Shown in pieces: positions 17,246 to 26,351 of a stretch of 64,000 bases of DNA (positions are counted from its first letter, which is position 1; every line of letters starts with the position of its first letter). The translations under genes and the position numbers were made by a program. The notes below the pieces were generated by a model. The model ran no database searches. It worked only from the letters and a program-made list of their open reading frames with translations, and was not told the origin of the DNA. Source of the DNA: a virus; the IMG/VR virus record IMGVR_UViG_3300017917_001573, positions 1 through 64,000 of that record. One strand, given 5' to 3'.

Positions 17246-18583
17246 ATGGAATACCGTAATACACAACTGTTTGTCCTTCCTACAAACGCAATTGCTGCTG
17301 ATGGACTTACTACTGTAGCTACTGTACAAAGTGGATCATCTTCTCCTGGTTCAACTGCTGTTAATGCTGTTGCTGATGGTGTAGTTGGTTTTGCAATTAA
17401 TGGTGCAAATAAAAATGCTACCACATTCAAAGGAATGCCTTATACTGTTGATAGTACCAATATTTCTGCTGGTGACTGGACTGGTATGGCAACTAATCCT
17501 AAATCAGTAAAAGTAATTCGTGGATTTAATCCTACCGATGATTTGTCTGCATGGGCTGGTGTAATGGAATCTGGAGATATTTTCTTCAACAACATCACCT
17601 CTATTCGCCAAGTCAACCCTTCGACTACTGAACAAGTAATGATTAAACAAGTTGGTTTTGATGCAACATCATTGAACAAATCTTGTTACGAATCTTTACG
17701 TATGGTATGTGGTAACACATACAGTTTGCAACTTCGTGCTAAATCTTTCTTGGCAGATTCTATCAGTGCAAAAGGTCTTGTTAAATCATACACTGTAAAC
17801 ACTGGTTGCTGCGAAGATCAACACTGCACAAACAAAGGTAACGCTCTTCAAATTGCATTCTCTGCTGCATATGATTTGGTTAATCAAATCAATACTGATC
17901 CAATGATGAAGGGTTATATTACTGCTCAAGTTGTAGGTTTTTATACAGCAGATCCTGCTGGTGCAAAAACAAAAACTCTTTTGACAGGTTCTACTACTCT
18001 AGCTGGTATTACTGCTGATTTGGCACTAGCTCCAGCTAATGATGTTGATGTTGAAGGAACTGATTGGGCTGTTGGTTTTAAATTGACTGGTGTAGCTGCT
18101 CCAAACTGGAATAACCCTTCTAACCCAATTGATTTCCAATTCCGTAATGATGGCGTTATTATTGGTGCATACTTCTCTAAAGGAAAACCAGTTGGTGAAC
18201 CTTATGTATGGGATGCTTGTACATATGCTCCTGTAACTCTTATCCAAGATTTGAAATTCAAAAAGAATACTGGTAAAGAAATTCAACAAATGGAAATCAT
18301 CCACAATGATTCTCATAACATTTTCAAAGAAGTATTCTACAATACCGCATACAATACTGTAAATCTTCCTAAGTATACAGACATTGCTCAGTATTACACA
18401 TTGTACTACATTGATTATAAAGTACAGGAAGACAATGCATATAACTCTAAAGTACCTCAAGATCGTAGAGTTATTCTTGCAGTACCTGTTGGATCAAATG
18501 CTGGTAGTTCTGTAGATAGCAATATCTCAGATATGATCACATTGCTTTCTACAAAATCTGGAGTACCAATTATCACTGAATAA
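17246..18583 (+). CDS. Abundant structural protein, probable auxiliary capsid protein
   Basis: High-expression codon bias, beta-rich, synteny, own terminator. Confidence 0.6.
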   Translation: MEYRNTQLFVLPTNAIAADGLTTVATVQSGSSSPGSTAVNAVADGVVGFAINGANKNATTFKGMPYTVDSTNISAGDWTGMATNPKSVKVIRGFNPTDDLSAWAGVMESGDIFFNNITSIRQVNPSTTEQVMIKQVGFDATSLNKSCYESLRMVCGNTYSLQLRAKSFLADSISAKGLVKSYTVNTGCCEDQHCTNKGNALQIAFSAAYDLVNQINTDPMMKGYITAQVVGFYTADPAGAKTKTLLTGSTTLAGITADLALAPANDVDVEGTDWAVGFKLTGVAAPNWNNPSNPIDFQFRNDGVIIGAYFSKGKPVGEPYVWDACTYAPVTLIQDLKFKKNTGKEIQQMEIIHNDSHNIFKEVFYNTAYNTVNLPKYTDIAQYYTLYYIDYKVQEDNAYNSKVPQDRRVILAVPVGSNAGSSVDSNISDMITLLSTKSGVPIITE

Positions 18584-18599
18584 TCTACTCGAAAAACAG

Positions 18600-18623
18600 G
18601 GGTGGGAAACCACCCTTTTTTTT
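18600..18623 (+). terminator. Intrinsic terminator
   Basis: GGGTGG-GAAA-CCACCC + 8 T. Confidence 0.88.
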
Positions 18624-18646
18624 GATAGTTATTAAACTTTTCAATC

Positions 18647-20923
18647 ATGCTTTGTATAGATAAAAACGATTTGTTTCTCAGAAAAGACTTCTTTACTTGT
18701 GATGAAAGTAAAGGTGTGTCTCTTTCTGCACTCATAAAAAAATTTGCACCAACTCCTGTTGTAAATAATGATGGTAATGCTACCTCTCATTATTTTAAAC
18801 TTGGAGCAAATGGCACTTTAAAAAGTATTCTTCTTTCTGATACTATTATTCATCCTGTAAAATTTGATTCTACAGAATCCATTGCTGTATCTTTTGATAC
18901 AAATAGTAATACATTTACATTTGATTTAGTAGGAGGTGCAGGTTTGGAAGCAAGTCTTACTGTACAAGATGAAGATGGACATTCTGAAAAATTAGTTTTA
19001 AATGATCCATTAAATTCTGCTGTTTTAACATTTGGTCAAGGTACTATGATTGTACCTACATACAATCCTGCTACAAATAAAATTAAATTTGATTTTAATC
19101 CAGGTGGTACACTTGCAGATTATGTAACAGGTGCTGGTACTAGAGCTACATTCCCAACACAAATTACAGCGTTTACTAACAACGCTGGCTACATTACATC
19201 TTCTGCATTAACACCATATTTACAGTCTTCTGTAGCAGCTACTACATATTTTCCACTATTAGGAGGTACAATTACTGGTACAGCAGGAAGCGGTTTTATT
19301 GGATTGCCTTCTCAAAATACAAATCCAACAGCAGAATCAGGAATTACTAAAATATATGCTGACTCCACAGGTAGATTTTCTTGGATTACAGGACTTGGAT
19401 TTAGAAGAACATTTACATCTACATCACTAACCGCTGACCGTGTATATACCCTAAAAGATGCTAATGGTACATTAGCTTTTACAAGTGATATTCCTACAAC
19501 TGTAAGTTCATTTACAAATGATTCAGGATATATTACATCATCTGCTTTATCTCCATATTTAACATCTTCTACTGCTGCTTCAACATATTTTCCATTAACA
19601 GGAGGAAGTATTACAGGTACTGGTGGTTTAGGATTTTTTGGAGCTATTGCACAAGCTTCTACACCTTTTGCACCAGCATCAGGATTTAGATTATTTGCTG
19701 ATTCATCTGGTAGATTTAGTTGGGTTGCTACTAATGGTTTAGTAAGAACATTTGATGCTACAGGCAATACAACAAATAGATCATACACACTCCCTGATTA
19801 CGATGGAACATTTATTCTATATGGTAACACTAATACATTAGGCTCTAATAGTTTATCATTATCTACTACAAATACAGGTAGTGGAAATACATTTTTTAAT
19901 TTAACAAATGGTTCTGCTGTAAACGTATTTAGAGTTTTTGCTGATGGTACACTTTCTCAAGCTCAATCCAGAACGGGTTTAACTACATCCACAACTATTT
20001 CTTCTTTTAGCACAACAATTGGAATAACCGATTCTAATAACGTAGTTTCTAAAATAATAGCATATAGTATTGATCCTACAATTACAGGAACGGGTTATAC
20101 TAATAAAACGATTGTAGGTTTGTCTATTAACCCTAATTCTAGAGGTACAGTAAATACTAGTACGAACAGAGTTAGAGCATTGGAGGTATTTCTAGGAAAT
20201 AGTACAAATAGCCTGACTCCAGATGAAGTATCTTTTTATGCAGGATCATCTTCTGTAAAAATTATTAGTAGTGGCGGATCAAGAGCGGATTTAACCTTTA
20301 ATACAAATGATACAACACAAATTGCACAATTTTTCCATCAAGGTTCTGGTACAACTAATGGTATGATAATTAGAAGTATTACTGGTAACTATGGTGTAAT
20401 TCTTCAAACAAACCTTAGCTCTACAAATAATACCAATATCTTAACATTTCAAAATGGTCAAACTGGATTTTTGAATATGGGATCTTCTGTATCAAATGTC
20501 AATTTAATGGGTTTGGCTGTGAATCTTGGTACAACTGCTTCGAGATGGACTGCTGGTTCTAGTGGTACAACAGTAACAGGTATTAACTGGTCTTTACCTG
20601 TAGCTTATGCTGATGGTACTAACTATTCAACATCAGCTATTTGTTTATTAGGAGATTTTGATATTACAGAAATTGGTACACCATCAGCTAGAGCTGCTTA
20701 TTATGGATTTAGATTTAGAAACACTAGATTTATGTCTGGTTTGAATCTTGGTAATACTGCCCCTGCTGCTGTATTAGATCTTGGTCAACATGCTGATACA
20801 ACAATTCCTACATTAAAAATTGCAGAGTCAAATACTACAGCTCCTAGCAATACTAGTACACCTACTGCTTGGTGTCGTATAGTAGTTAATGGAACTACAT
20901 ATAAAATGCCTTTATACAGTTAA
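18647..20923 (+). CDS. Tail/head fibre protein with internal duplication
   Basis: T/S/G-rich, FTNDSGYIT fibre repeats, C-terminal WCRIVVNGTTYKMPLY fibre end. Confidence 0.8.
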   Translation: MLCIDKNDLFLRKDFFTCDESKGVSLSALIKKFAPTPVVNNDGNATSHYFKLGANGTLKSILLSDTIIHPVKFDSTESIAVSFDTNSNTFTFDLVGGAGLEASLTVQDEDGHSEKLVLNDPLNSAVLTFGQGTMIVPTYNPATNKIKFDFNPGGTLADYVTGAGTRATFPTQITAFTNNAGYITSSALTPYLQSSVAATTYFPLLGGTITGTAGSGFIGLPSQNTNPTAESGITKIYADSTGRFSWITGLGFRRTFTSTSLTADRVYTLKDANGTLAFTSDIPTTVSSFTNDSGYITSSALSPYLTSSTAASTYFPLTGGSITGTGGLGFFGAIAQASTPFAPASGFRLFADSSGRFSWVATNGLVRTFDATGNTTNRSYTLPDYDGTFILYGNTNTLGSNSLSLSTTNTGSGNTFFNLTNGSAVNVFRVFADGTLSQAQSRTGLTTSTTISSFSTTIGITDSNNVVSKIIAYSIDPTITGTGYTNKTIVGLSINPNSRGTVNTSTNRVRALEVFLGNSTNSLTPDEVSFYAGSSSVKIISSGGSRADLTFNTNDTTQIAQFFHQGSGTTNGMIIRSITGNYGVILQTNLSSTNNTNILTFQNGQTGFLNMGSSVSNVNLMGLAVNLGTTASRWTAGSSGTTVTGINWSLPVAYADGTNYSTSAICLLGDFDITEIGTPSARAAYYGFRFRNTRFMSGLNLGNTAPAAVLDLGQHADTTIPTLKIAESNTTAPSNTSTPTAWCRIVVNGTTYKMPLYS
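19172..19810 (+). repeat. Two tandem ~113-aa (339-nt) diverged repeats in fibre
   Basis: FTNNAGYITSSALTPYL...ADSTGRFSW at 19172 vs FTNDSGYITSSALSPYL...ADSSGRFSW at 19511. Confidence 0.85.
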
Positions 20924-20945
20924 TCTTAAACTAAACAATACTAAT

Positions 20946-21254
20946 ATGGCTTTAACTTCTGATCCAGTTGTTTCAAAAATTCAATACAATAATGGTTCTA
21001 TCAACTTGTATATTGAAACATCTTACATCTTTATTTTACCAACATTCTCACAACAAGGATGCGAAGTACAAATTGCTTTATACAATACAAGAGAAGATTA
21101 TTTAGAAAGTAAACTTCCTTCATATACAATCAATCTTGGTACAACAGACATTTTTATTTCTGATAATGAACTTTCAGAAAAGTTACATACTTTTGTGCTA
21201 ACGTATTTAAATGAAAAATCTCCTGATACATGGAGTGTAACATCTTTAAAGTAA
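20946..21254 (+). CDS. Hypothetical fibre-associated protein
   Basis: ATG 20946 with A-rich leader after fibre gene. Confidence 0.65.
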   Translation: MALTSDPVVSKIQYNNGSINLYIETSYIFILPTFSQQGCEVQIALYNTREDYLESKLPSYTINLGTTDIFISDNELSEKLHTFVLTYLNEKSPDTWSVTSLK

Positions 21255-21275
21255 ACTTTAATTAAACAAATAAAC

Positions 21276-21449
21276 ATGGAACAACTAACATTTAATCTAA
21301 CACTAACTGATCAAGAGGTAGCACTAATTGGTCAAGCACTAGCAGAACTACCTTTGAAAATTTCTAAACCACTATTTGATAAAATTCAAAATAGTATTTA
21401 TGAACAGTCTCAACCTAAAGAAGAATTTGTAACAACAACTGAAAGCTAA
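21276..21449 (+). CDS. Small 57-aa protein (fibre chaperone-like), missing from ORF track
   Basis: MEQLTFNLTLTDQEVALIGQALAELPLKISKPLFDKIQ...; TAATG coupling to amidase. Confidence 0.75.
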   Translation: MEQLTFNLTLTDQEVALIGQALAELPLKISKPLFDKIQNSIYEQSQPKEEFVTTTES

Positions 21450-22000
21450 TGAAACTTTTTTTATCCGCAGGACATGCTATCAAAGCTTCTGGTAAAGATC
21501 CAGGGGCTACTGGAAATGGATATTGGGAAGGTGATTTAGCATTTGCATTTGTATCACTTCTTAATACAGAACTACTTAATCTTGGTGTAAAAGCTACAGT
21601 AGATAATAAATCTAATATCTTAGTAAATACACTTAGTGTAATTAAATCTTTAGCTACTACAGAAGATTGGTTACTTATTGAATTTCATTTTAATGCTGGT
21701 GGTCCAACTGCTACTGGTGTAGAAGTTGTAATACCTAAAGTATATGATTCAAAAGAACAAAAAGTAGCAAAAGATATTGCTGATATTATTTCTAGAAAAT
21801 TAAACATTAAACTTCGCGGTAAGGCAGGTGTTATTACAGAAGATTTAACTGCTAGAGGCACACTAGGTTGGATGCGACCTACAGGAAAAAATATTCTTGT
21901 AGAATTGTGTTTTATATCTAACAAAAGTGATATTGATTCATACAACAAAAACAAAGTTGAATTAGCTAAAGCAATAGCTCAATATCTAAAGAACGTTTAA
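21449..22000 (+). CDS. N-acetylmuramoyl-L-alanine amidase (Amidase_3) endolysin
   Basis: SAGH, E, FHFNA, VELCFISN zinc-amidase motifs. Confidence 0.92.
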   Translation: MKLFLSAGHAIKASGKDPGATGNGYWEGDLAFAFVSLLNTELLNLGVKATVDNKSNILVNTLSVIKSLATTEDWLLIEFHFNAGGPTATGVEVVIPKVYDSKEQKVAKDIADIISRKLNIKLRGKAGVITEDLTARGTLGWMRPTGKNILVELCFISNKSDIDSYNKNKVELAKAIAQYLKNV

Positions 22001-22021
22001 CTTTAATAGGGAAATACAGTT

Positions 22022-22669
22022 ATGCTTTTAGAAGAATCGCTTCAACATATTGTTGTATCTAATTTATTCCAAACAATAAATACTGTTTTATCTTCTGGGA
22101 TTGCTTTATACATCATAAAAGAATCCATCAATAAAAAGAAAAAACAAAAAGAACAACTTCAAGATAAAGACCCCTTAGCATCTATTGCTAAAAAGGAAAA
22201 ACTTCGTAGTATAGAAGAGTTTATTTATTTAAGGCTTACTGGTAAAAATAAACGCCCTAAAATTATAGCCCCCTGGTACTTTACCAATGGCACATATACA
22301 ACAGGTGGACTATCTATTAAAAAAATGCATTTGGCAGATGAATCATTTAATGACACTTCTGTACAAGGAATGATCAACCAATTACAAGATATTAAAGTAG
22401 ATTACTACGAACGTTTACTTAAACCATTTAGAGATGATCCATATTTGAAATGGTATTACTCTGATGAAACAAAAGTTCAAGATGGATTGGCTGCTACACA
22501 TAAAGAATGTGGTGGAAATCATATTTATATTTTTCCTGTTAGACATCTGTACAACAATATTCTAGTTGGGCTTTTAGTATTGAAATTTGAAGAATATCCT
22601 GATCTTTCAGAAGCAGATATTGAATACTTAGAAATTCAAACATCTAAAATGTGGGATTGTATAATTTAA
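22022..22669 (+). CDS. Single-TM protein with GAF-like domain, T4 T-type holin candidate
   Basis: N-terminal hydrophobic helix then FTNG...YIFPV...VGLLVLKF GAF-like pattern; inside lysis cassette. Confidence 0.5.
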   Translation: MLLEESLQHIVVSNLFQTINTVLSSGIALYIIKESINKKKKQKEQLQDKDPLASIAKKEKLRSIEEFIYLRLTGKNKRPKIIAPWYFTNGTYTTGGLSIKKMHLADESFNDTSVQGMINQLQDIKVDYYERLLKPFRDDPYLKWYYSDETKVQDGLAATHKECGGNHIYIFPVRHLYNNILVGLLVLKFEEYPDLSEADIEYLEIQTSKMWDCII

Positions 22670-22679
22670 TTAACTATCT

Positions 22680-22922
22680 ATGATTCTAAAAACATGGTGG
22701 AAAAACTTTGTAGCAAAGACTCCACAAAGAAATAAAAAATTAAGAAATGTAGCTGTGAGTATTATTACCGCAGCTACTTCTTTAGAAGCAGTATTGAAAG
22801 TATCACCTCAATATCTTCAGTATTTACCTTCTTATACAGAAAAACTACTTGCATATATTATTTTATCTGGTGTAGTATTTGGTTTGTATCACCAATCAAA
22901 ATCTCAAGAAAATGAAATCTAA
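22680..22922 (+). CDS. Small two-TM holin/antiholin
   Basis: Basic N-terminus and two hydrophobic helices, adjacent to endolysin. Confidence 0.65.
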   Translation: MILKTWWKNFVAKTPQRNKKLRNVAVSIITAATSLEAVLKVSPQYLQYLPSYTEKLLAYIILSGVVFGLYHQSKSQENEI

Positions 22923-23472
22923 ACTTCTATTTATACTTTCTATTGCAGCATTAACATGTTTAGTATTGCTTTCTGCTTGTAGTACAGAAAAGAAATGTAT
23001 TAAAAAACTAAACTATATAGAGTCACATTGCCCTCAACTACTAGGAAGAGACTCGCTTAAAATTGATACTGTAATTAAAGAACGTACTCTTGTAGATACG
23101 GTTACTGTAAATGTAGATACTACAGGATTAGATTCTTTGTTTTATACAGTAGATTCTTTACTTAAAGAATCTGGTAAAACAGATACTCTATACAAAAATA
23201 AACTTGTAAAATACATTCAATATAAGTATGTAAACAAGTCATCTAATGATTCATTAATTGTAGATTCAAATGGTGTACATTTAAGAGCATGGTTATACGA
23301 TGGTAGAATATATGCTTCTGTATCAGTAGATAGTATGTACATTCAATCTAAAAAAGCTATTAATTATTCTAAAACACCTATTACAGAAACCAATAAATTT
23401 AATTGGTGGAAAGTATATTTTTTTATCTTGCTGGCAATTACTATACTGATAGTTATTAAAAAATTGAAATAA
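22912..23472 (+). CDS. Lipoprotein with C-terminal TM helix, unimolecular spanin candidate
   Basis: Signal peptide + LSAC lipobox, beta-rich middle, WWKVYFFILLAITILIVIKKLK tail. Confidence 0.7.
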   Translation: MKSKLLFILSIAALTCLVLLSACSTEKKCIKKLNYIESHCPQLLGRDSLKIDTVIKERTLVDTVTVNVDTTGLDSLFYTVDSLLKESGKTDTLYKNKLVKYIQYKYVNKSSNDSLIVDSNGVHLRAWLYDGRIYASVSVDSMYIQSKKAINYSKTPITETNKFNWWKVYFFILLAITILIVIKKLK

Positions 23473-24017
23473 TGAAAAGTCAACTCAAAGTTCACATAGA
23501 TAATAGCAGCCTGTATACAATAGGGTTTCGAGATGAATCAGATTACAATCTTGAAATCGAAATTCAAGAACCTCTTTTAGTAGTAAAAGCTCCTAACTTT
23601 TCTGCAAAAAGTATAGAATTTACACCGTATACTTGGAATACTGTAAATTCTAAAAATTTAGAGATTGCACAATGTGATTCTTTTGAAGTATTACCAGATG
23701 GCATCTACTATTATAAATACAGCAATGTACCACATGAACGTATTTTTGTAGAAGGACATTTTATGAGAACTGCTATACTACGTTCTTTGTATCAGAAAAA
23801 ATTATTGGATGTGTCTACACAAATTTCTTTAGTATCTGTTACCGACAATCCTCTTGTAAAACAATTACAAGAAATTAGTTTTCATATTGATGCAGCAGAG
23901 GCTAATGTGAATGAATGTTGTTACAATACAAATATTGCCATTCAACATTACAAAAAAGCACAATCTCTTTTGGCAGCATTTAAATCATACGATCATGTGT
24001 CCACTTGTCAGGTGTAA
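23472..24017 (+). CDS. Tail hub-like structural protein
   Basis: LPDGIYYYKYS motif and C-terminal helices as in crAss tail hub proteins; synteny. Confidence 0.6.
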   Translation: MKSQLKVHIDNSSLYTIGFRDESDYNLEIEIQEPLLVVKAPNFSAKSIEFTPYTWNTVNSKNLEIAQCDSFEVLPDGIYYYKYSNVPHERIFVEGHFMRTAILRSLYQKKLLDVSTQISLVSVTDNPLVKQLQEISFHIDAAEANVNECCYNTNIAIQHYKKAQSLLAAFKSYDHVSTCQV

Positions 24018-24081
24018 GATTTGTAATACTCCAACACCATCTTGTGATTTAGAAAGAAAAGTATGTAAAAAATGTAGATAA
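23995..24081 (+). CDS. 28-aa Cys-rich microprotein
   Basis: MCPLVRCKICNTPTPSCDLERKVCKKCR*, TAATG-coupled to next gene. Confidence 0.55.
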   Translation: MCPLVRCKICNTPTPSCDLERKVCKKCR

Positions 24082-24287
24082 TGGATAATTATACTAAACT
24101 AACATGCAAGTATGCATACAAAACAAATAACATGCTTTTTAATAGAAGGTTTGGTATGAAAAAACCTGTAGACTTTGATACTATATTTTTTATACAACAA
24201 TCTCTAAAAGCACTAAAAGATGATTTTCTTACATCATCTGAAAAACAATTATTGTTAGACAATCTTAAACTTATAAGCAATGAGTAA
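24081..24287 (+). CDS. Hypothetical tail-region protein
   Basis: 68-aa ORF coupled to neighbours. Confidence 0.65.
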   Translation: MDNYTKLTCKYAYKTNNMLFNRRFGMKKPVDFDTIFFIQQSLKALKDDFLTSSEKQLLLDNLKLISNE

Positions 24288-25404
24288 ATGCGATACATGC
24301 CTACAAACAATATCGTCTAATTGTATAAAATATACAGGTAATCCAATGTTGGAATTGGGTTTACAATGCGACATTCCTTTGAATGATGCATTTTATATTT
24401 TTGGACAGTATTTGATACAAGCATTAAATGATAGAAAAATTGATTTATCTGGAATTGATTCAGCATGTGTTGAATTAACCAACAATGAAAAAACATCTAT
24501 CACACTACTATTTAACAAACTATTTCAGTTGTATTGTGATGTAACTACAACTGGTGTACAAATTGCATCTCTACCAATTGATAGAGTTCTTTTTGTAGTA
24601 TCTAAATTGGATGAATATGTAAATGGAGATTTTTGGGGATCTATGACTCCAATGAGTTATTCAACACTTACTGAAACTAAGAATGTTGCTCAACTCTTCC
24701 AATACATTCTAACTCAAATAGATGCAACGTATGCTACAAAAACTTCTGTCACAAATCTTCAAACATCTGTGACAACATTACAAGCAAGTTTGACATCTTT
24801 GACTACTACTGTAAATAATTTAGATTTTACTGTTACAGCAGATTGGTGTTCTGGTACAGGAAGTAAAACTTTAGCTAATGCTATTATTTACATGTATACA
24901 AATATCAAAGCATTAAATAGCTCTATTTCTGGAAGTTCTTGTACATCCAGCTTTTCATTATCTAAAACAGGATACACAGGTTTTTCTTCTGTAAAAGCAG
25001 CAATGGAATATTTGATTGATCAAGCATCTGCAAATACTTCAAATTGTGTAGGATTTAATGTTACTACTGACATGGGTATTCCTGGTGCAGGAATTGATTT
25101 TGGTACAGGAACATTTACTATTAAAGGTGTATCAAATCCTGCTACTATTTCTCTAATTGCAGTAGATACAGAATTAAGTGCTGCCCCAGTAATGATTGAT
25201 TTAAAATCTACAACATCTTCCACATTTTGTACAGTAACCTCTGCTTTATCTGTAGTATCACCAGGTACTATTTCTGGTACATATGATTATACTGTATCAA
25301 TTAATCTTAAATCTAAACAAGCTACTCTTTATTTTATGTCTGGTGTAGGATGTAAAAAAACTATGACATTTAGTAATACTAGCGGTTCAGGTTCAATTTC
25401 GTAA
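24280..25404 (+). CDS. Tail fibre/spike-like protein
   Basis: Cys-rich N-terminus (NCIKYTG), trimeric coiled-coil segment, S/T-rich C-terminus. Confidence 0.65.
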   Translation: MSKCDTCLQTISSNCIKYTGNPMLELGLQCDIPLNDAFYIFGQYLIQALNDRKIDLSGIDSACVELTNNEKTSITLLFNKLFQLYCDVTTTGVQIASLPIDRVLFVVSKLDEYVNGDFWGSMTPMSYSTLTETKNVAQLFQYILTQIDATYATKTSVTNLQTSVTTLQASLTSLTTTVNNLDFTVTADWCSGTGSKTLANAIIYMYTNIKALNSSISGSSCTSSFSLSKTGYTGFSSVKAAMEYLIDQASANTSNCVGFNVTTDMGIPGAGIDFGTGTFTIKGVSNPATISLIAVDTELSAAPVMIDLKSTTSSTFCTVTSALSVVSPGTISGTYDYTVSINLKSKQATLYFMSGVGCKKTMTFSNTSGSGSIS

Positions 25405-25425
25405 ATTTAAATAAACTAATAAACT

Positions 25426-26238
25426 ATGTGTCAATGTCAAAACTTATCATTGTCCGATTGTAATTGTAATAGAACACAACCTTGTGTTGAAGAACCTATC
25501 CCATCTACCTGTTCTAATGAATGTGTAGATTTTACAAAAGCACAATGTGTTCGATTTATAGGAAAAATTTCTAACAACATCGGTTTATCTGAAAATCCAT
25601 TGTTGTCTCAATTTATGGTAAAGGTTATTGCTCGTTTGAATAATATTCCACCATCATTTGAATCTACTTCTGTATCAGATTTTATCTTTGAAAATACATC
25701 TGTATTAGCTGGTACATTTACCCTAAAACAAAATGGACTTGCTGATATTATTACAGATGTATCATACAAATTACAAGGTATTTTTGCTAAAACCAATACT
25801 GGAACATTTTCAATTAACTCTACATCATCTGATACAAAATTAGTATTTGATACTGGTACTGTAATTAATGATTCCTTCAACCTTGTTTTATCATCTGGTA
25901 ATTATAACACTATTGAATCAAATGCTACCCTTACTGCTAGAGCTGGTAACCATGCTGTAGATTTTAAAATGTCTTTTAGTACAGAACAAACCAAAACATT
26001 GACATTTAAAATTAAAGTGAACAATGGTTCTGGTGCAACAGTTCTAACTAAACAAACGATTCAAACTACTGGTACAACAGGTGTACCTAAATACTACGAT
26101 GTAAATCTACAAACTATGTATGAAGCAGTTACTGGTGGTATGTTGTATACAGTAGAAATTGAATGTTTGGATTCAGGACATTCTGCAAATATTACAATAG
26201 AATCTGGTTCTATTGTTGTAAAAGAAGCAACTTTCTAA
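25426..26238 (+). CDS. Tail fibre-like protein with C-terminal jelly-roll-like domain
   Basis: Cys-rich N-terminus (QCVRFIG paralogous to previous gene), beta-rich C-terminus. Confidence 0.6.
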   Translation: MCQCQNLSLSDCNCNRTQPCVEEPIPSTCSNECVDFTKAQCVRFIGKISNNIGLSENPLLSQFMVKVIARLNNIPPSFESTSVSDFIFENTSVLAGTFTLKQNGLADIITDVSYKLQGIFAKTNTGTFSINSTSSDTKLVFDTGTVINDSFNLVLSSGNYNTIESNATLTARAGNHAVDFKMSFSTEQTKTLTFKIKVNNGSGATVLTKQTIQTTGTTGVPKYYDVNLQTMYEAVTGGMLYTVEIECLDSGHSANITIESGSIVVKEATF

Positions 26239-26257
26239 CTTTCCATATATTTGTTTG

Positions 26258-26285
26258 AGGTGGGGTATTGAACCCCACCTTTTTA
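26258..26285 (+). terminator. Intrinsic terminator
   Basis: AGGTGGGGT-ATTGA-ACCCCACCT + T run. Confidence 0.85.
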
Positions 26286-26290
26286 TTTTA

Positions 26291-26322
26291 TTTGTATACT
26301 ACAAATCAATCAATTATATTTG
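26291..26322 (+). promoter_or_regulatory. Bacteroidota-type promoter
   Basis: TTTG 26291-26294, 20-nt spacer, TATATTTG 26315-26322. Confidence 0.75.
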
Positions 26323-26351
26323 TAGCATTAGTTAAACTAAATCATTAAGAA

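Noticed and set aside
18647-26238. Diversity-generating retroelement or invertible fibre cassette
   Set aside because: No reverse transcriptase or invertase, and no near-identical TR/VR pair; the fibre repeat is diverged at all base types
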